A DNA stretch of 49,545 nucleotides, filler included, from Catajapyx aquilonaris (Eukaryota): assembly GCA_000934665.2 (NCBI GenBank). It is 3 parts of 3 records of this genome, joined end to end, with 100 filler letters (N's around TTAATTAATTAA, not from the genome) between each part and the next. Parts side by side here need not be neighbours in the genome. Positions count along the whole stretch, not along the records: positions 33,010 to 49,545 come from JYFJ02007212.1; 2 more parts are not named here. One strand, given 5' to 3'. Position numbers and translations under genes: made by a program. Under the pieces are notes generated by a model that saw only the letters and a program-made list of their open reading frames with translations, was not told where the DNA came from and made no database searches. The number at the start of each line of letters is the position of its first letter. Position 1 is the first letter of the stretch. Of the stretch, positions 45,766-49,545 are shown piece by piece.

Positions 45766-47432
45766 TATTTTGATGTCGGAAAATTCACTCTAGACTGAAG
45801 TTACACTGTGGTTCTACTTTGGAGACTGAGAAATGACGGTCTGCCGTGCAAGCAGCCCTGCACCTCAATGTGCCTGTCGATATAGAATCTGGCCTTTTCC
45901 ACCTAGTTTCGTCGATTGCTCGATACTACCTTTGGCTTAGCCTTCACACTTGTTGGTGTTGCTATCTTGGTGCAGTTACATGTGTTATGCATGTTTTCAA
46001 TACAATTGCAATAATCTTGTTGTTGAAAACATCCTCTAGAAGTGTAGATCAGTATGTCAGGGAATTACTAGTAAAGATTTATTTGCTAAAATCTAGGATG
46101 TAACAACTGATTTGTAATAAAATTGGCATAACCTTTTGCATAAATTGGCAAACTCTGAAGCGAATTGTTTGGAAGCAATTTTCATTAAATTTTTCTGAAA
46201 CTTGATGGGTCATACACTGCCCGTGACATTTGACCTTTATTCTATATTTATGACATCGTAGTGCGAGCGAATCAAGGTCAGATCTTTCAATCGTGACAAG
46301 CTCCGAGGTGTGACGTTTTGCTCCAGGACATTCTGCTGGTTGTAACTCGGGAATTTCATCGAACTATAGCATGATTCAAGGACGTTCTCGTTTTTGAACA
46401 GCATGAATTTATTTCAAAATTTTCAGAGGGTCCAAAGGTTTTGAAGAGACCGCCACCCATGCACAAAATGTGTATAGTGTTGCATACTGTGCGCCTTCCC
46501 GATAAATTGCCTTTTGTGCATGGATGGGGGTCTATTCTAAACGCTCCTGATGCATCTTGAATTGTCGTGCACTTTACTTGATGATGGGGTATGATAGAGC
46601 ATCGCCACCTACTCTTTGTTCAATATCACAATATTAATGTTACCTTGATTCATTACATAATTATGATTTTGATGTCCGCAAGTTCACCTAGCGTATATGC
46701 ACCTCCGACACACTTTTACACCTTCTGAGGTGCATAAGTCCGAGTGTAATGATGCAATGGGAATGAAACTTGCTGATGGTTACAAGGATGAGTGTCACAA
46801 CAATATGGTGTAAGGATGTTGCTGTAGGTCAACTCCATAACGTCACGCACTGGACATGTGGACATACCCACGTGAATTTATGACACACCCAGTAATTCGA
46901 AAACTAGACGTACGGATTTTTCAATGTAATTTTCCTAATCAGCAGAGAAAATCCGTTCTGGTACATCTGTTTATTTCAAAACAACATAAAAAAGTCAAAA
47001 AATGCAGATCAGTGTAATCCTCGGACTGCCCTTATTAACCCCTGACTGCCCGGATTACTCGGATTACCTATGCTCACCTGATCAAAATGAATATGTCCGC
47101 CAATTTCTTGAAATTCGGTGCATTGACATGCTCTACCTACAGCAGAACTTGAGTTAGGGCGAATAAAAGAACGTAACAAGAACAAGTAGGAAAAAGTTAT
47201 TGTTGAAACGCTTTGCTACGGTCGATTGTACCACCGTTGCCATAGCATCGTCTCATACACATAAGACGGTCAATCAAGAAATGTCGAGAAATGCCCATGA
47301 TTACAACCAGCAGAAATGCACTGGAGCAGAATGTCGGACCTTGATTCGATCGCATTACGATTTCATAAATAAAGCATAAAGGTCAGACGGTACGGGCAGT
47401 GTATGACGTATCAATTTTCTTAAAAAAGTTCT

Positions 47433-47435
<3 letters not shown>

Positions 47436-47512
<77 letters not shown>
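47436..47512. repeat. (AAT)n microsatellite
   Basis: Direct reading. Confidence 0.95.
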
Positions 47513-47513
<1 letters not shown>

Positions 47514-47841
47514 TTTATTACGCCCACTTCAACGAACTTTGTTCAGGGCGGGGGGNNNNCTCTCTTTTTTACATAATTTTTATGACACATCGAATCTATC
47601 AATTTAGATCTCGCAGTAATGGGATAAATGCCTAATATGACTCCGCACTTTTTAAATAGATGTCATACATGATACATTTCGACATCTCAGGTACTCATTC
47701 AGATACGTTCAGATATGCTTACCAAGCTTCTGGCGATGTTACGGGTTAGTTCATGCAGTTTAGATTGTGTTTTCCCCCTATTTCCCTTATTTGCAGGAAG
47801 CCAAAAATTTCATATTCAAGCACCCCAAAACACTTCCTACG

Positions 47842-48216
47842 GAATTAATAAAAATAAGCAGTAAAACTGCCGAAAACTATTCTTCCTCTGGGTGAGATTA
47901 AAAGTAAGAAACAAGTCCATAGGTGGGGTTGGTTCGTGTCATAGGGATGTGTGATAATCAACTTTAATTCAAAACATTCGTGCTTTGGGTCTGGGAAGAA
48001 TTAGGCAGAGTATGAGAGTCGGAGGAGTACATAAAAGCGATATCTGCCTAATTCTTCCCAGACCCAAAGCACGAATGTTTTGAATTAAAGTTGATTATCA
48101 CACATCCCTATGACACGAACCAACCCCACCTATGTTATGGACTTGTTTCTTACTTTTAATCTCACCCAGAGGAAGAATAGTTTTCGGCAGTTTTACTGCT
48201 TATTTTTATTTAATTC
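47842..48216. repeat. Near-perfect long inverted repeat (arms 47842-48009 and 48043-48216, 33-nt loop)
   Basis: The arms are exact reverse complements apart from a 5-nt and a 1-nt indel. Confidence 0.9.
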
Positions 48217-49545
48217 TTTTCATCATCAGAATAAAGTATTGCAAAGAAATGGCAGGTTCTTAAAATAATTCTTTTCATCATCAGAATAAAGTACCCTTCA
48301 ACCTCCTGTGGGGGGGAAGAGGGCTCCAGACTGGGACCCCCCCTCCCAAGTATATCCGGTCTCGGTACAGAAAGGGAGAGAAAGCCACAAAACTGACACT
48401 TTCGAAATCGCCTTGTAGCTCAAAAAGTAAAGGTTTTTCTCAAAAAAAGGTAGGCAGGAGGGCACCCCCTGGGAACATTGCGGTTCTAATGAAGCATTGT
48501 ATGACCCTCTACGACGCACCGTTTAGGCTGTACCCTGGTCTAAGTAACGACACTTTTTTGAACTTTGACCCCGGCTAATGACCGCGGTAATGGCCCTAGT
48601 TGTTGTTTATCCAGCTAAGGTTTGAAACTGGAGTGAGCGGAGTGTAAATCTTGTTTCCGATTTGAAGTCGATTAACCCGATCGCGAGTTATGAAGTCGGG
48701 AAAATTGCATTGGGATTTACCCGATTCCGATCTATTCGTTTCACGCGCGCCGGATGGCCCGCTTCGCCTCATGCTCATGCTCATCTCAACCATCCATTTA
48801 TGCACAGCTCAACCATACAGCCAATCAATTAGGCTTATAAGTGATATCTGAAATTAACTGATGTAATAATTTGCATTATGTGTAGAGACGACATTTGCAA
48901 ATAGTAATTTGCACAGAATATAAATTATAAAATTTGTTTTGAAAATTTTAAACGTGATTCCCTTAATAACAGACATCTGTACGTATTATATTAAGATTGG
49001 GTGCTTAATAATTTTTCCTTGGGTTCTGTGGAGTTATTCGCATATTTGTGTAGAGGCATGGGCGCTGTCTCACGAGAGCCCGGACACGTGTTGAAAATTC
49101 TACACTTCTACCAGCCACGATATTTGAGATATGCCTCGAAAAAAAAACGTCCCAAGATCAGCCAACAATGAAGAGTTCAAAATCAACAAGAGGCTCTTAC
49201 TTATAGCAGCTTATAGGGACTATCGTCCCTACAATTTTCGATTATTCGATTGTACTACCGTTGCCATAGCATCGTCTCATACACATAAGACGGTCAATCC
49301 AGAAATTCCGAGAAATGCCCATGTTTGCAACCTGCGGGAATGCACTGGAGCCAAAGTGTATAGGCACGTTGACTGGAGCAGATTGTCACACCTGAAAATT
49401 GTCACGATTGAAAGATCTGCCCATGATTCGATCGCACAACGATGTCATAAATCCCCATATATATAAAGCTCAAAATTTGTACATTTATTTATCACGCCTA
49501 ATTAAGCCACTTCCCGGGTACGGAGAGCGCTCAGATTTCTCACAG

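Larger units (their letters stand above)
47223..49451. repeat. Dispersed direct repeat pair (about 47223-47370 and 49248-49451)
   Basis: cgattgtac.accgttgccatagcatcgtctcatacacataagacggtcaatc...gagaaatgcccatg...tgcactggagc...tgattcgatcgca is present at both sites. Confidence 0.8.

Noticed and set aside
47223..49451. LTR retrotransposon bounded by the direct repeats
   Set aside because: No TG..CA ends, PBS, PPT or gag/pol remnants visible.

Overview
Animal genomic DNA, most likely an arthropod or other protostome, judged from short AT-rich GT-AG introns, tRNA-headed SINEs, many MITEs and an intronless divergent ionotropic receptor. Two 100-nt N-gaps with a TTAATTAATTAA linker (16405-16504, 32910-33009) split the window into three contigs, so linkage across the gaps is unproven. 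Contig 1 (1849-15101) holds a compact, all-minus-strand cluster of about 14 small genes (68-123 aa): two 2-TM proteins with C-terminal PPPY, nine tail-anchored proteins with intact or decayed PY (WW-ligand) motifs, and three His-rich peptides. Two of the His-rich peptides have an N-myristoylation pattern. All three sit behind a conserved TGATAAGATAAGG (double GATA) element and alternate with DTVVRP-type tail-anchored genes. This cluster is the main candidate for an undescribed system; a metal-binding plus Nedd4-adaptor role is my inference. Contig 2 holds 25 phase-consistent exons (about 1,480 codons) of a polycystin-1-like ectodomain (WSC, PKD repeats, REJ), incomplete at both ends. Contig 3 is mostly repeats plus an intronless 627-aa ionotropic receptor and a near-perfect 370-nt hairpin. 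All gene models were read by eye; no database searches were run.
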